A program made the position numbers and the translations under genes. From Rebecca billardiae RCC1528 (lineage: Eukaryota > Protista > Haptophyta), in assembly GCA_965240325.2 (NCBI GenBank), contig OZ251230.1:1426001-1490000 (forward strand): a DNA stretch of 64,000 bases, in the 5' to 3' direction. The notes under the pieces were generated by a model. It was not told the origin of the DNA. It made no database searches and worked only from the letters and a program-made list of their open reading frames with translations. Of this stretch, positions 22,017-34,104 are shown in pieces; position 1 is the stretch's first letter, and every line of letters begins with the position of its first letter.

Positions 22017-23189
22017 TCACTCCGACTTGGCTCGTGAGCCAGGCGCGGAGGCCGCGGCGGAGCTGCGAGCCAACTCCTCCTTCCACATTCGGTCTGTGCC
22101 ATGCAGGGCGTCGAGCAGCCCGGTGGTGCCGTAGTTGCAGTTGAACTTGGCGTGGTGGTAGTCGTGGAAGTTGGGCTGCATGTCGAAGCTCGAGACCCAC
22201 GGGAAGCGGTGCCCCGAGTGGTGCGCCTGCGTGCCAAGCGTCGCGCCGCAGATCCAAATGAGGGCAAAGGCCACGTGCGTGCGCAGAGGGATGAGCCCGC
22301 TGGAGAAGGGCACAAGGTTGGAGACGATGAACTCGACGGGGTGCGCGTAGATCGCGACGATGCCCAGCGGCGCGGTGAACTCGTGGTGCTGCTTGTGGAA
22401 GCGCGCGTAGAGCCGCTTCGAGTGCAGCAGCCAGTGCGAGTAGAAGAAGAGGACCTCGTTCACGGCGAGCAGCCCGCCAAAGTGGAGCAGCTGCTCGCGC
22501 TTGCTCGGCAGCGTGCCGTCGATGCGGATGCCACGGCGGCCGGCGGAGTACTTGGTGCACATGGTGAAGCACAGCATGTACGGCAGCACGATGAGCAGGT
22601 TCATCAGCACCACGCGCGCCACCTTGGGGAGCTTGGCGACGTCGATGCGCTTCTCGGGCTGCAGCTTGGAGCGCGCGAGCACGCTGGGCGCGCCCCACAC
22701 GTCGAGCGGCAGCAGGAGCAGGCCGTGCACGATGTACCCGACGGCGAAGAGGCTGAAGCCGAGTAGCCCGAGCGCCTCACACGCGTACCCGTCGTACACG
22801 CCGCCGACCGTGTGCACAGTCCACTGCATGAAGTCGGCCCACATGGCCGCGGTTACAGAGTACAGCCCAGTCGTGACGGCCCACCCAACCGGTGAGTTGC
22901 CCATCATCGCGAGCACGAGGTAGAAGACGAGCACGGCCGCAGTGGCCTCGGCCGGGTCCGCCGCCGCCACGGTCCACGCGTTCTGCGCGAGGTCCGCCCA
23001 TTCTGTGTGCGACTTGCTCACTGCGGTCGTGTTGCCGCTCCACCAGCTGCCCCCGCTGGTCTGCGCGGGGGCGCTGACGGGTCCGAGAGAGCGCGCGTGG
23101 AGCGTGAGCGCCACGCAGGCGACTACCAACGCATGCACGACGTCGCGCGCCAGGTGCACGCCGCGCGGGGGGGGCGGTGCCGCGCCCAT
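22017..23189 (-). CDS. Fatty acid hydroxylase / sterol desaturase family membrane protein (FAXDC2-like)
   Basis: His boxes YSHWLLH, FHKQHH, HHSG, FHDYHH; HPVE; [13 protein letters not shown]; multiple TM segments. Start placed at MGAAPP (23189); an upstream ATG exists at 23303. Confidence 0.88.
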   Translation of the reverse strand: MGAAPPPPRGVHLARDVVHALVVACVALTLHARSLGPVSAPAQTSGGSWWSGNTTAVSKSHTEWADLAQNAWTVAAADPAEATAAVLVFYLVLAMMGNSPVGWAVTTGLYSVTAAMWADFMQWTVHTVGGVYDGYACEALGLLGFSLFAVGYIVHGLLLLPLDVWGAPSVLARSKLQPEKRIDVAKLPKVARVVLMNLLIVLPYMLCFTMCTKYSAGRRGIRIDGTLPSKREQLLHFGGLLAVNEVLFFYSHWLLHSKRLYARFHKQHHEFTAPLGIVAIYAHPVEFIVSNLVPFSSGLIPLRTHVAFALIWICGATLGTQAHHSGHRFPWVSSFDMQPNFHDYHHAKFNCNYGTTGLLDALHGTDRMWKEELARSSAAASAPGSRAKSE

Positions 23190-23494
23190 AGCTGGCAGCG
23201 CGACACGCGCGCGGCGGGTCGAGGTGCAGCTTCGAGGCGCGGGTGCGCGTTGGAAGCGAATCTCGATCGCAGCTATTGTACTCATTACCCGTACGCTATT
23301 CATTGTTCAGGCGCCCACCGCAATATTTTCAATTTGCTCGTCATTGGACTCCCCGGTTCACGCGTCGAATCGGCTTGGAGATCGCTGCATCTCCCGAAGA
23401 CGCGACGAGCGGCACGGGCCCGACGACCGAAGGCGCACAATCTGACATCAATCATTTTGAATTGAGCGTTTGCGCTTCACGTCCGCCCGCGGCC

Positions 23495-25434
23495 ATGGCG
23501 GAGTCGTTCGGGCCGGATGGAGGCTATGAGCTCGATTACTACGCCCAGGGCTCGCATCACTCGTCAGCGGAGGAGTACGAGCACTGGTCAGCTGTCGATC
23601 CGCTCTCTGCCGCGGAGGCAGTGCTGTCTCGCGCGAGCTACCTCAGCGAGGACGTGCGCGGCTCGGACGGCGCGGCCGAAGAGATTGAGGCGCTCGCGCG
23701 CGAGATGCACGAGCTCGGCGCCACAGAGCAGAGCTCCAGCGCCGGCTCGTCGTGGCGCGAGTCGTCTGCGCACGATGATCCACGGGCTGGGCTGCCGCCC
23801 TCCGGCTATCCCGGCCCCGAGTTCTACATGCGCGCGCAGGCGCATGCTGCTACGGGGACGAGCGGAGTCCCACTGAGCACGCATGGCGCGCACGTCGGCA
23901 TGGGCGGCGCGCACGCGGGGCAGGCGGCGCCAAACGTGGCCGATCTCGGCTATTACCACAGGCATGGGCGGCCGGGCGGCGCTTTATCCGGCTACGGCGC
24001 GAGCCCAGCTGCTCGGGGCGATAGCCAGGCGATTGCAGGTGCGCTGCGCGAGATGCAGCAGCGTGTGCGCGCGCTCGAGGCCGAGCGCTCGACGCTGCAG
24101 GCGGGCTGCGAGGCGAAGGAGGCGATGGCCAAGCAGCTCGAGCAGGAGCTGACGCATGCTCGCGCCGAGGCGTCAGCGCGCACGTCCCAGCTCGCCGCGC
24201 CGCCCGACGCCGCACGCACCGACGTGGCTGGCGGCTCTGAGCATCTTGTCGGCAGCGGAGCGAGCGTTGTCACCCTGCGCGCTGAGCTCGAGCAGCTGCG
24301 CACGCAGGCGCAGGCGGCCGACGCCGACCGGCGCGTGGCGCAGGCGCAGCTCGAGACGCTCGAGGCCGAGCTCGTCGGGCAGCAGGCCGAGGCGAGCGAG
24401 AGCACCGCCGAGGCCGAGCGCCGCGCCACCGAGCTCGAGCAGCAAAGCTCGGCCGCGCGCGCCCACTTGGAGGGCCTGGTGGCCTCGCTCGCGGCCGAAC
24501 GCGAGTCTCGGCGCCGGGTGGAGCAGCAGCGCGCGCAGGCGGACGAGGCCATGACGTGCGCGCGCGGTCGTGTGTCCACGCGCGGTGTAGCGCGAGCTCC
24601 TCGCGCCTCGCTCGCTCTCACACGCCTGTGGCCCGGATGCACGCTGCGTGTGCACACCGCCGCCCCGCGCCGCTGCCCGCGCCGCTGCGTGCGCAGGCAT
24701 GCTCTCTCCCTGTCCACCAAGCTGCTGAGCAAGCTGTGCGGGGACAGTGCGGCGCACGAGGCGGCTCCAGCCGCCGCTGACATGAGCGCATGGCCGCCGG
24801 CCGCGCGTGCGCCCTTCGGCGCCGCGGAGAGCGGCTCGCAGCTCTCGGCCGCTGCACCGTCCACGCCGCTCCGAACGGGCGCCGATGCGCGGACCGAGGG
24901 CGAGCTGGAGCTGCAGCGCGTGCTCGGCGTGGCGGAGCGCGAGGTGCGCAGCGCGCGAGAGGAGTTCGAGCGGGTTGTGCAGGAGGCGTGCGACCGTGCC
25001 GCGGCCGGCGTCGAGGGCGCAGCAGAGCCGGTCCATGCCGCGCTCGAGGCGGTGCAGGCGAAGGTGATTGGCCGACGCGCCACGCGCCGCGCGCTGCGCG
25101 CGCCCTTGGGCCGTGGGCGGCCCGCTGGCTATGCTGACACTCGAGTGCCCGCGCGCGTCACCCTCGATCCCGCCGGCGCATTCGCGCGCCACGCGCGCAG
25201 GCGACGCAGCTGAGTGTGCTCAGGCGGGCGTACAAGCTGGCGACCGATGAGCTGCAGCGTGCGCGCGAGTCCCTCGCGCTGACGCATCAGGAGCTCACGC
25301 ACACGGCAGGTGTCGCCGAGCGCCGCTTGCGCACGATCAAGAAGCTGCGCGGGCCTCCACGCTCCGCCAGTCAGACGGCCGCGTCCGCTGCGCGTACGGC
25401 TGTACGCATCCCGACGGGTCAGCGCGCGCGATGA
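23495..25434 (+). CDS. Coiled-coil protein, Cep57/translokin-like (3 exons)
   Basis: Long coiled coil beginning AIAGALREMQQRVRALEAER (resembles the Cep57 N-terminal motif) and C-terminal ..LEAVQAKATQLSVLRR (resembles the Cep57 microtubule-binding motif). Inferred introns 24556-24696 and 25064-25200. The family assignment is from memory. Confidence 0.6.
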
Positions 25435-26131
25435 CTTGACACTGCTGCGGGCTGACTCTGCCTGGCTGAGTAGTGACTGTCAGACTCAGAGCCAGCGGCA
25501 GCGGCACGCCGCACGGACTGATCGTCTTGCCGTCTTGGCACTCTCAAGTCTCAGGCTCAGACTCAGAGACAGAGTCTCAGACAGAGTGCGGCGGCGCGGG
25601 TCAGCGGGTCTCCGGGCTCTCGGCGGCTCCGCGGTCCGCCGGTCCGGGTCTCCCGCCGACCCGCGGCGCCGGTCTGCACACCGTGCTGTGCTGGCAATGG
25701 CACACGCCACACGTGACACGCGGCCACTCCGCGACTGGGCTGTGGGCACTGGCAGCCCACTGGCACGCGCGAATCGGATAAATAAAATTAACGGCGAATC
25801 GACCGAATCGTAGTGGAGTTCCGCGACCGCTCGGGCGGGCGCCTTGCTGCTTGCACTACTGTCTACTTGCAGCGCTGCACGGTGCCGGCGGCACCGGCGA
25901 TGCCGCAGTCCGACTCCGAGTCCGAGTCCGAGCCGGGCTGGGCCCGCGGGCGCCGTCTCTGGTGAATCGTGAATCCTCTGGTGACTGACAATGTCAAGAC
26001 ATGCTGATGTCATGCACGGTTCCTGACTCACCTGACTGAGTCCCGGAGCGGGCAGAGGCAGCCGGCCGTGTGGCGTGGGAGCCGGCCTCAAGGCTGAGGC
26101 CCACTGCGCGCGGCGCCCTTGTCCTTGAGCA

Positions 26132-27001
26132 CTAGGCCGGGCATACAGCAAGCTCGGACCACGTCGCAGCGCGCGATTCCGCGGCAGGAGCTCCCGCATG
26201 TGCAGTGGCCACAGGTGTGGCCTGCTCCTTCGAATCGCTTGATGGGGCGGCTTGATGCGGCTCTGGACCCGCACTGCTCGTGAGGTTGGCAGGGGTGCTT
26301 CTCACAGCGTCGCCGGCGGGCACGGCGCTGGGAGCAACCGCAGGCAGGCTCTCGACCGCCGCCTTCATCGCGCGCAGGTTCGCCGGGACGTCCTCTCGGA
26401 TGCGCCATTCGATGGCGAGGACAGGCACGAGGAATCGGGGAGTGACGTTGACAGTGTACACCAGCTTGGTGCTGGCGCGTGTGTGCGGCTGCAGCACCCA
26501 CTCGCCCTCGAACGTGGCGAGCATCCGCGACTCGACGAGGGAGAACTTGATCTTACGTCTCTGCTGGCGCGCCTCCTCGTCCGACACGTAGGGCCCGCCT
26601 GCATCTCCTGGCTCCCGGCCGAAGAGGTCGTCCGCCGTGTCGTCTGGCTCCGGCCCGATGATTTCCACGAGGTCCAGCGTCACCTCCGCCGAGAACTCGA
26701 AGCCGAGGATCTGCTGCGCGCCCTCTTGGTACACGCGAATGCCATCCGGACCGTCCGGGTGCGGCAGCCGGTTAGAGACGACCAGATTCGGGACGTGATT
26801 CGCAAGGTTGTTGTAGTCTGTGAGGATGCGCCACACGTCCTCGGGCGGGCGCTGGACCACGATGGAGGCCGAAATACGGCGGCTGTTGAACTCAGTCGCC
26901 TCGATAATGGGCGTCTCGCCGATGATCATGGGAAGTGCCGCGGCGGTGCAGAGAACCACCCCCACCGCGCTGGCGAGCAGCGTGTACTTGTTGCGCGCCA
27001 C
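26132..27001 (-). CDS. START/SRPBCC polyketide cyclase-dehydrase family protein
   Basis: RRISASIVV..PPEDVWRILTDYNNLANHVPNL, QEGAQ, IKFSLVES..FEGEWVL, IEWRIREDVPANLRAMK. The 5' end is uncertain because the ORF starts at GTG; an upstream exon is likely. Confidence 0.8.
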   Translation of the reverse strand: MARNKYTLLASAVGVVLCTAAALPMIIGETPIIEATEFNSRRISASIVVQRPPEDVWRILTDYNNLANHVPNLVVSNRLPHPDGPDGIRVYQEGAQQILGFEFSAEVTLDLVEIIGPEPDDTADDLFGREPGDAGGPYVSDEEARQQRRKIKFSLVESRMLATFEGEWVLQPHTRASTKLVYTVNVTPRFLVPVLAIEWRIREDVPANLRAMKAAVESLPAVAPSAVPAGDAVRSTPANLTSSAGPEPHQAAPSSDSKEQATPVATAHAGAPAAESRAATWSELAVCPA

Positions 27002-27251
27002 GATGTGGATCTTGGACCACTCACGCCGTCGAGGCGACTGGACCCCGGACTCACCGGCTTCACCCGGACATCGATCGCGACGTTACACTAATGAATACGG
27101 CCGCCGACGTTCGTCAGTGATAACAGCAGTGCGGCTCGTCATTTATGATGGGCGGGCCTCAAAAGAAACTGAATGAGTGATCATGGGTAACTGCCGAGCC
27201 ACCGCGAGCGATCTCCGCCCCGTGAACTCATCGCCAGGCCGCCCATTGGCC

Positions 27252-29102
27252 ATGCCGTTCACAGTCGAGGAGGTGAGGGCCCTGCGCAGCCAGGGCCTTG
27301 GCTTCGTCGTGGAGAAGCTGGACGCAGTAGAGCGTTCTGGTGCGTGGGCGCCGGCCTCCGACGTTGCCGCCCCGGGCACACGACCCGGGCTCAGCCTGCG
27401 CTGCCCTCAAAACTCTAAACGGCGCGCCCCTCGCACCACGCGCGCGCACGCAGCCGACACGCAGTGGCTGCTGTACGCGGCGGCTCTGGTCTTCTTCATG
27501 CAGACGGGCTTTGCGATGCTGTGCGCGGGCCTCGTGCGCGCGAAGAACACCAAGAACATTCTTCTCAAGAACGTGCTCGACGCGTGCGCGGGCGCTCTCG
27601 GTTTCTGGTGCGGGCGCGCCGCAGCGCCGCTGGCTGCGCGCGATGAGGTGGGGACGACGTTGGGTGTGTAGCCCGGGAGCGAGTACCGTTGGCACGGCCG
27701 CCTGACGTGCGCCGGAGCGCTGCGTCGCCGCGCACTTGCTCTCACAGGACGGTCGGCTACGCGTTTGCGTACGGCGAGGCCAACGGCGGCAACCCATTCA
27801 TCGGCAACACCTACTTCTTCCTGACCAACTTTGAGGGCAACGACTCGTACGAGTCGTTCCTCTTCCAGTTCGCTTTTGCGGCGACCGCGGCGACGATCGT
27901 CTCTGGCGCCGTCGCCGAGCGCACAAAGATGGCCGCGTACCTGGGCTATTCGTTGGCGCTGACGTCGCTCGTGTACCCGGTGGTGGCGCACTGGGTGTGG
28001 TCCTCGGCGGGCTGGCTGTCGGCGTTCAACGCCAGCCCGCTGCTCGGCACCGGGATGATCGACTTTGCTGGGTGCGGGACCGTGCACATGGTCGGCGGCA
28101 TCTCCGCGCTGCTCGGCGCCGCGGTCGTCGGCCCGCGCCTCGGCCGGTACGACGTCGACGGCAACCTGATTGAGATCCCGGGCCACTCGGCGACGCTCGC
28201 GGCGCTCGGCACGCTCATCCTGTGGGTGAGCGCCGCGTGCGAGCCAGCGCCGTGCGCGGCGGCAGGCGCCCGCCGCGCACCGCCGGGTCTGCACCCCGCG
28301 CGGCTCACCCCGCGATGCCGACCACCACGCCCGCCCCGCCGCCCCGGCGCAGGTTGGGTGGTACGGGTTCAACCCTGGCTCGACGCTCGCCATCTCTGGC
28401 GGCCTGAACGAGGTGGCCGCGAAGGCGGCGGTGACGACCACGCTCTCCGCGGCCGCAGGCGCAGTGAGCTGCCTCGTCCTCTTCAAGGTGTCCACGCACG
28501 CCTTCGACCTGGGGCAGACGCTGAACGGCGCGCTTGCCGGCCTCGTCTCCATCACGGCTGGCTGCTCTGTTGTCGAGCCGTGGGCCGCCGTGGTCATCGG
28601 AGCGATTGGCGGGGGCGTGGTGTACCCGAGCTTTGCAGAGTTGGTGCGCTCGAAGCTGAAGATCGATGACGTCGTCGACGCCTCAGCGGTGCACTTGGCG
28701 TGCGGCATGTGGGGGCTCATCGCGACATCGCTCTTCTGCACCAAGAAAGACTTGGCCAAGGCGTACGGCATCGACGACCCGCAGTACTACGGAGGCTTCT
28801 ACGCGCCCGTGGGCTACGGCCACCAGCTCTTCGCCAATGCGATCATCGGCATCATAGCCATCATTGGGTGGGTGACGACGCTGATGCTCCCATTCTTCAT
28901 CATGCTCAAGCACTTCAACCTGCTCCGGTCGCCGCCAGAGGAGGAGGAGTTGGGCATGGACGTGTCCAAGCACGGCGGCAGTGCGTACCCGGACTATCTT
29001 CCAGCGGTGCGCACGTCGCCAGGGAGGAGTACGGAACAGCAAAAGCCGCCTCAGTCGGCCACGGCTACCGTCGCGCAGGAGCCCGAAGCGGCCCAGCCAT
29101 GA
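27252..29102 (+). CDS. AMT1: Ammonium transporter, AMT1 family (4 exons)
   Basis: [105 protein letters not shown]. Inferred introns 27340-27453, 27608-27747, 28226-28352. Confidence 0.95.
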
Positions 29103-29811
29103 CACGCTGCGAGCGTACGCATCCGGTGGCATAACCGGTTCCGGCCCGTATAAGACGGCTCCGGCTTCGGTCCACCCGCCCCCCAGACACAGTTCCGAGG
29201 GCGGCCGTTGCCTCTGTGTCTGACTGTGACGCTAGCTACAAGTCAGTTTGCTAGTGCGCCTGGTCCGCTAGTGCCCGAGGGCCCAGTCCGTGCCCGCCGG
29301 GCCCAGTGGCTCCGAAGCGGAGACCGGAGTCACCCGGCGGGCCGCAACCGGTAGCGGTGCCCGCAGGTCTACGCGCGGCACCGGCTCGGCCGGTCCGCTG
29401 ACGCGCCGCCGCCAGTCTTAGGATCGACGGTTATTAGTCATCGATGATGAACTCAGCATCGGCGCGACGTATAATCATGCATCACTAATCAGTGCGGGTC
29501 GGTGTCACGGTCCGCCCTGGGTTCCGTGCCTCCGAGTGCTGTATTACGAACTAGTACTGTTATTTGTAAATATACTGCTCCCTCTAGCTGCTCTGGCTCT
29601 CTCTCTCTCTCTGAATAAATAATCGATCTTTCTCTCTCGCTCTCCCTCCGTCGGGCCGCTCTCGGTAAAGTACATCTATCGTAATCGGTAGCCTATATAT
29701 GAGTATACTGACTATGTCATCACTATTCACTATTATACTAGTACTACGGCAGCTGCCGCAGTGCGCTATGCCTTTCCTATTCGGATGACGCAATGGCATC
29801 AGTGACGCTAC

Positions 29812-30861
29812 TTAAGACTTTCGTCGATCGAGCCCAAGTCCAAGTCGCCTGGCGTCCTCGCGGATGCGCTTGTTAGCTGCGCTGGCAATAGGAAGGTCGC
29901 ACGCATTTGCCGCGATCATGGTCTCCATGTGCGCGAGCGTCGTGCCGTTGAGGAGCGTGGGCCTCGGCGGGCGGTGCCACAACGTATCCCGACTGATCCC
30001 GAGCACGGCCTCGGCGAGTAGCACCGAGGTGTGATGGTGCTCGGCGTCTGCCAGGTTGAGCACCACGTGAAATCGGTTGAGCGTGCGCAGCGCGGCACCG
30101 AGGGCCGCATCTGTGCAGCTCCTGGGCTGCTGTCGGAAGTGGGGCACGAGGTGCTGGGTCAGGTAGTTGTTCGGCTCGTAGTACGCCCATGTCCGGTCTC
30201 GACGCCGGAACGGCTCTCGCGTGGCCGAGCGCAGCAGCTCCGCTACTGAGCCGTCCGCGTGGTAGCGCTGCGCCGCAGGCTGCATGGCCTTGTGCCGCTG
30301 CCATTTCCAGGACATGCGCACGGCTGAGAAGAAGCGCTGTATGGGGTCGCGCACGCAGATCACGAAGGTGTACGCGCTCCACAGCGGCGCTGCCGCGTGC
30401 GCGTACCCAAGCGCGTTCGCGACATCCCAGTCCGACTCGTGTAGGTGCTCCCAGCCCGGCTCGTACACAAAGAGGTGACCAAGCAGGGGCCAGGCAGCCG
30501 CGAAGCGCGTTGTCATGGCCGCCGTGGTCATCGGACTGAGAGGGGAGCTGCCAACCATCTGCTCGAAAAGGCGCGTGCTCTCAGCGGAGAATCGGCAGTT
30601 GCCGCTCAGATCCTCTCGGTATCGCAGCACACAGTCCTGCCTGCCGGATCGGATGTGGCGCCGTGCGCGGCAGAGTGTTGATCCCCCCGTCTTCATCACG
30701 TGCAGGAAGAGGACAGGCCGAATGCGCTGGACGTTGCGAGCGCGACAGTCCGGCGCGTCGACACCGCTGACAGTCAAGTTGGCGCCGGGTGCTGCCCGAC
30801 AGGTGAAGAGGCTCATGAGGAGGCTCATGCACCGCCGACGACATTGCTGTCGCGACGCCAT
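29812..30861 (-). CDS. Sulfotransferase-like protein (Golgi sulfotransferase family)
   Basis: 5'-PSB-like FLHVMKTGGSTL and 3'-PB-like CVRDPIQRFFS; start codon uncertain. Confidence 0.7.
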   Translation of the reverse strand: MASRQQCRRRCMSLLMSLFTCRAAPGANLTVSGVDAPDCRARNVQRIRPVLFLHVMKTGGSTLCRARRHIRSGRQDCVLRYREDLSGNCRFSAESTRLFEQMVGSSPLSPMTTAAMTTRFAAAWPLLGHLFVYEPGWEHLHESDWDVANALGYAHAAAPLWSAYTFVICVRDPIQRFFSAVRMSWKWQRHKAMQPAAQRYHADGSVAELLRSATREPFRRRDRTWAYYEPNNYLTQHLVPHFRQQPRSCTDAALGAALRTLNRFHVVLNLADAEHHHTSVLLAEAVLGISRDTLWHRPPRPTLLNGTTLAHMETMIAANACDLPIASAANKRIREDARRLGLGLDRRKS

Positions 30862-31300
30862 GCGCTGATGCAGAGTCCCAGATCTAGACCACCCTTGATG
30901 ATGAAAGTAGAGACTTGGACTCAGGACTGACCGACTGAGCATCTACTTGTACAACTAACTGACCGTACCACACCGGGACAAGTAAGATACTTGGTACTGT
31001 ACGACTGACCCTCCGGCTCCACCGTCCATGCGGATGGGCACGGTCTCCTGGCTACCCGGCGGCGCGAGGTCCGAGCCTGACTCTCAGAGGCCGCCGAGCT
31101 GGCCACCGGGCGCCCACCGCTCGGACCAGGCCCAGCAGAGCCTTCCTCCGTGGTAGCACGGGCCGTTCGCCCGTGCGGATTCACGCCGCATTCAGTGGAC
31201 ACGGGCGCCGCAGCCCCGCCAGGCCGCCTTAGTATGACACTGGCTCGAAGCGGAGCGGCGGCGGCAGCGAGCGGGCACGAGCGGGCGGCGTTAGGGCGGT

Positions 31301-33046
31301 TCAGTCCTCGAGCGCCTCCGCCGGCTTGCCGGTCTTGCCGATCGCAAACACCTGGAAGCCGATCTCGCGCAGCTTGTCGTGGTCGAGGATGTTGCGCCCG
31401 TCAAAGACGAAGCACGGCTTGACCATCGACTGGTACACGCGCGTGAAGTCGATCGTCTTGAACTCGTCCCACTCGGTCAGGATGGCGATGGCGTGCGCGC
31501 CCGCGCACGCGACGTATGCGTCGTTCTCCATGGTCACCTTGTTTGCCGGTGGGTTGCCCAGGTCGTAGTTCATCTGCTCGACCGTCACCTTCGGGTCGTA
31601 GATCGCGAGATTCGCGCCCTCGCGCTGCAACACCTCGCACACGTGGATGGCGGGCGTCTCGCGCGTGTCGCCCGTGTCCTTCTTGAAGGCAAAGCCGAGC
31701 ACGGCGATCTTCTTGCCTGCGCGCCGAGGGGCGCTCGCGCGAAGAGGGCGGGCCGTGAGCAGCCGCGCGCCGCAGCCGCGCCGTCCCCGCACGTTCGCCC
31801 ACCGCCGCCTCTGCCCGCGGCGCGGCGCGGCGCGGGTCGGCGGAGGCGCCGGCTCGGCCCGCCGCGCACGCGCGCGGCGGGCGCGGCGCGCACCGGAGAC
31901 TGTGTTGAACATCGAGGCGACCATTTTCTCCGCGAAGCGCTGCTTCTGCCAGTTGTTCATGGTGATCACCGACTCCCAGTACGCCGCGACCTCGGGCAAG
32001 CCGAACGAGCGGCACAGGTACACCAGGTTGAGGATGTCCTTCTGGAAGCAGCTGCCGCCAAAGCCGACTGATGCGCGCAGGAACTTGGGCCCGATGCGCG
32101 AGTCCACGCCAATCGCGTGCGCCACCTCGTCCACGTCCGCGCCCGTCGCCTCGCACAGCGCGGAGATCGAGTTGATCGACGAGATGCGCTGCGCGAGGAA
32201 CGCGTTGGCGGTCAGCTTGGACAGCTCCGCCGACCACAGGTTGGTCGTGAGCACCTTCTCCGTCGGCACCCATCGGCGGTAGATGTTGGCGAGCTTCTCG
32301 ATGGCGGCGATGCCGTCCGGGGTCTGCTCGCCGCCGACGAGCACGCGGTCCGGCTTGAGCAGGTCGTCGACCGCCGTGCCCTCGGCGAGGAACTCGGGGT
32401 TTGAGAGCACCTGGAAAGCATGCATCGAGTTCGACTCGAGCACGCGCGCCATCGCCGCCGCCGTCTTCACCGGCACCGTAGACTTCTCGACGATGATCTG
32501 CGCGCGGCGCGCCGAGCAGGCGCGAGCGAGTGCGCACGCAAGCGCACGCGTCCGATCGCGCGTCAGCGTGGGGGCGGGCACGCGGCCAGCGCGCGCCGCG
32601 CGCGGCGCGGCGACAGCATCGATCCATGCGCATCGAGGCCGCTCGCGCAGGCGAGCGCCAGCGCGGCGCACCTTGGGCCCCTCCGCGATGCTCGCGATGT
32701 GACGGCCTGCCAGCTCCCAGTACTGCAGGTCAGCCGCCTGCCCGGCGCCGATGCCCGCCTTCTTCGTCGGAGTGTTGACCGAGACGAAGATGATGTCGGC
32801 CTCCTTCACGGCCGCATCGATGTCCGTCGTGAAGAACAGGTTCTTCCCGCGAGCCGCCTCGACAATCTCCTGCAGGCCCGGCTCGTAGATGGGCAGATTC
32901 TTTGAGTTCCACGCGGCGATCCGCCGCTCGGACAGGTCGCACACGGTGACCTTCACGTCGGGGCACATCTTGGCGATCACCGTCATGGTCGGGCCACCGA
33001 CGTACCCAGCGCCGAGGCAGCAGATCTTTGTGGTGAACTCCGCCAT
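31301..33046 (-). CDS. UGDH: UDP-glucose 6-dehydrogenase (3 exons)
   Basis: [69 protein letters not shown]. Inferred introns 32498-32671 and 31717-31893. Confidence 0.97.
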   Translation of the reverse strand: MAEFTTKICCLGAGYVGGPTMTVIAKMCPDVKVTVCDLSERRIAAWNSKNLPIYEPGLQEIVEAARGKNLFFTTDIDAAVKEADIIFVSVNTPTKKAGIGAGQAADLQYWELAGRHIASIAEGPKVRRAGARLRERPRCAWIDAVAAPRAARAGRVPAPTLTRDRTRALACALARACSARRAQIIVEKSTVPVKTAAAMARVLESNSMHAFQVLSNPEFLAEGTAVDDLLKPDRVLVGGEQTPDGIAAIEKLANIYRRWVPTEKVLTTNLWSAELSKLTANAFLAQRISSINSISALCEATGADVDEVAHAIGVDSRIGPKFLRASVGFGGSCFQKDILNLVYLCRSFGLPEVAAYWESVITMNNWQKQRFAEKMVASMFNTVSGARRARRARARRAEPAPPPTRAAPRRGQRRRWANVRGRRGCGARLLTARPLRASAPRRAGKKIAVLGFAFKKDTGDTRETPAIHVCEVLQREGANLAIYDPKVTVEQMNYDLGNPPANKVTMENDAYVACAGAHAIAILTEWDEFKTIDFTRVYQSMVKPCFVFDGRNILDHDKLREIGFQVFAIGKTGKPAEALED

Positions 33047-33195
33047 GGCGCGGTGTGCGAGTGCGCCCAACCGCGGGCGTTGGCGAGCACGATGGCAGCT
33101 ACCAGCGAATCAATCGATCACGGCGCGACGAGCCAAGCGGCGCGTCGAGTTTTTCCGCGCCAGCGTGGCTGCCCTGCCACTGGCCAACCGCCCAA

Positions 33196-34073
33196 CCTGG
33201 CCGATACACACCCTTACCGCTCTGCGCATGGGGAACCCATGCTCGCAGAGCGGCCGGGGCGAATCTCAGGGGCCTGAGGCGGTCCCGGACGCGCGCCCCG
33301 CGGCCACACCTGAGGGTGCGGGCGGGCTCTTCGATCATGTTGGTGAGCTCTCCGCCATCGGGGCGCGCTTCATTGCGCCGCCTCGCCTCGCGTACGGCGT
33401 TCCCGTCGTGCTCGCACTGACAAGGCTGAGCAGAGCGTAGAGTGCCATCATGATTGCATTCGGTTCCAACTTGCTCGCCAGCCACTTCCAGCCAGGTGCG
33501 CGCGGCTTGGGAGTAGACGATTAGTTCCGTGTGCCCGGGCTCGTCGTGACACCGGCATGCCGATCCCTCCCCAGCCGAGATGTCAGAGCGCGTGCGCACA
33601 GGCAGTCACAGGCAGTGCGCACTGGTAGCCAAGTGGACGCGTGTGAGCGACGACAAGCCACGACAAGAAAACGGCCGCATCCAATCTTCTCACATACCAC
33701 TAGACCACCGCGCAGAATGCGTCTGAGCCCGCCCATTCCCGCCCATAACGAGTTACAGCGGCTCGATTGTGAGGTGGGTGCAAAGGCGGCGGGTGAAAGC
33801 GAGCCCCGCGCGGGCGGCGAGAGAGACGCGCGTGCATAGACCTGATGCGGGAGTGCCCGAACAACGTGAAGGTGCGTCCATCTTCCAAGCGCGCGACCGG
33901 TCCGACACCGCGCCACGCCAAACGAGCACCACGCGTGTCGCCCCCCAGCGCCGGCCACGCGTCCCGAGGCGCTGCCATGTTTCGTCACGGGCCCGATCTC
34001 TGAGGTTAGCCCCGGCCGCTCTGCGAGCGTGGTTCCACCACGCGCAGAGCGGCCGGGTGTGTTATCGGCCAGG
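33196..34073. repeat. Inverted repeat pair (~75 bp arms, 33196-33269 and 34000-34073), each arm with an internal hairpin
   Basis: cctggccgatacacacccttaccgctctgcgcatgg...cgcagagcggccggggcgaatctcag versus the reverse complement of 34000-34073; no TSD seen. Confidence 0.7.
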
Positions 34074-34104
34074 GAAGTGACGTTCGAGTCTGAAAAGCGT
34101 CGGC

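Noticed and set aside
31717-32671. Apparent Arg/Ala-rich insertions or inteins in UGDH (likewise in ISWI and KDM5)
   Set aside because: They are bounded by GT...AG and their removal restores conserved motifs, so they are in-frame spliceosomal introns.
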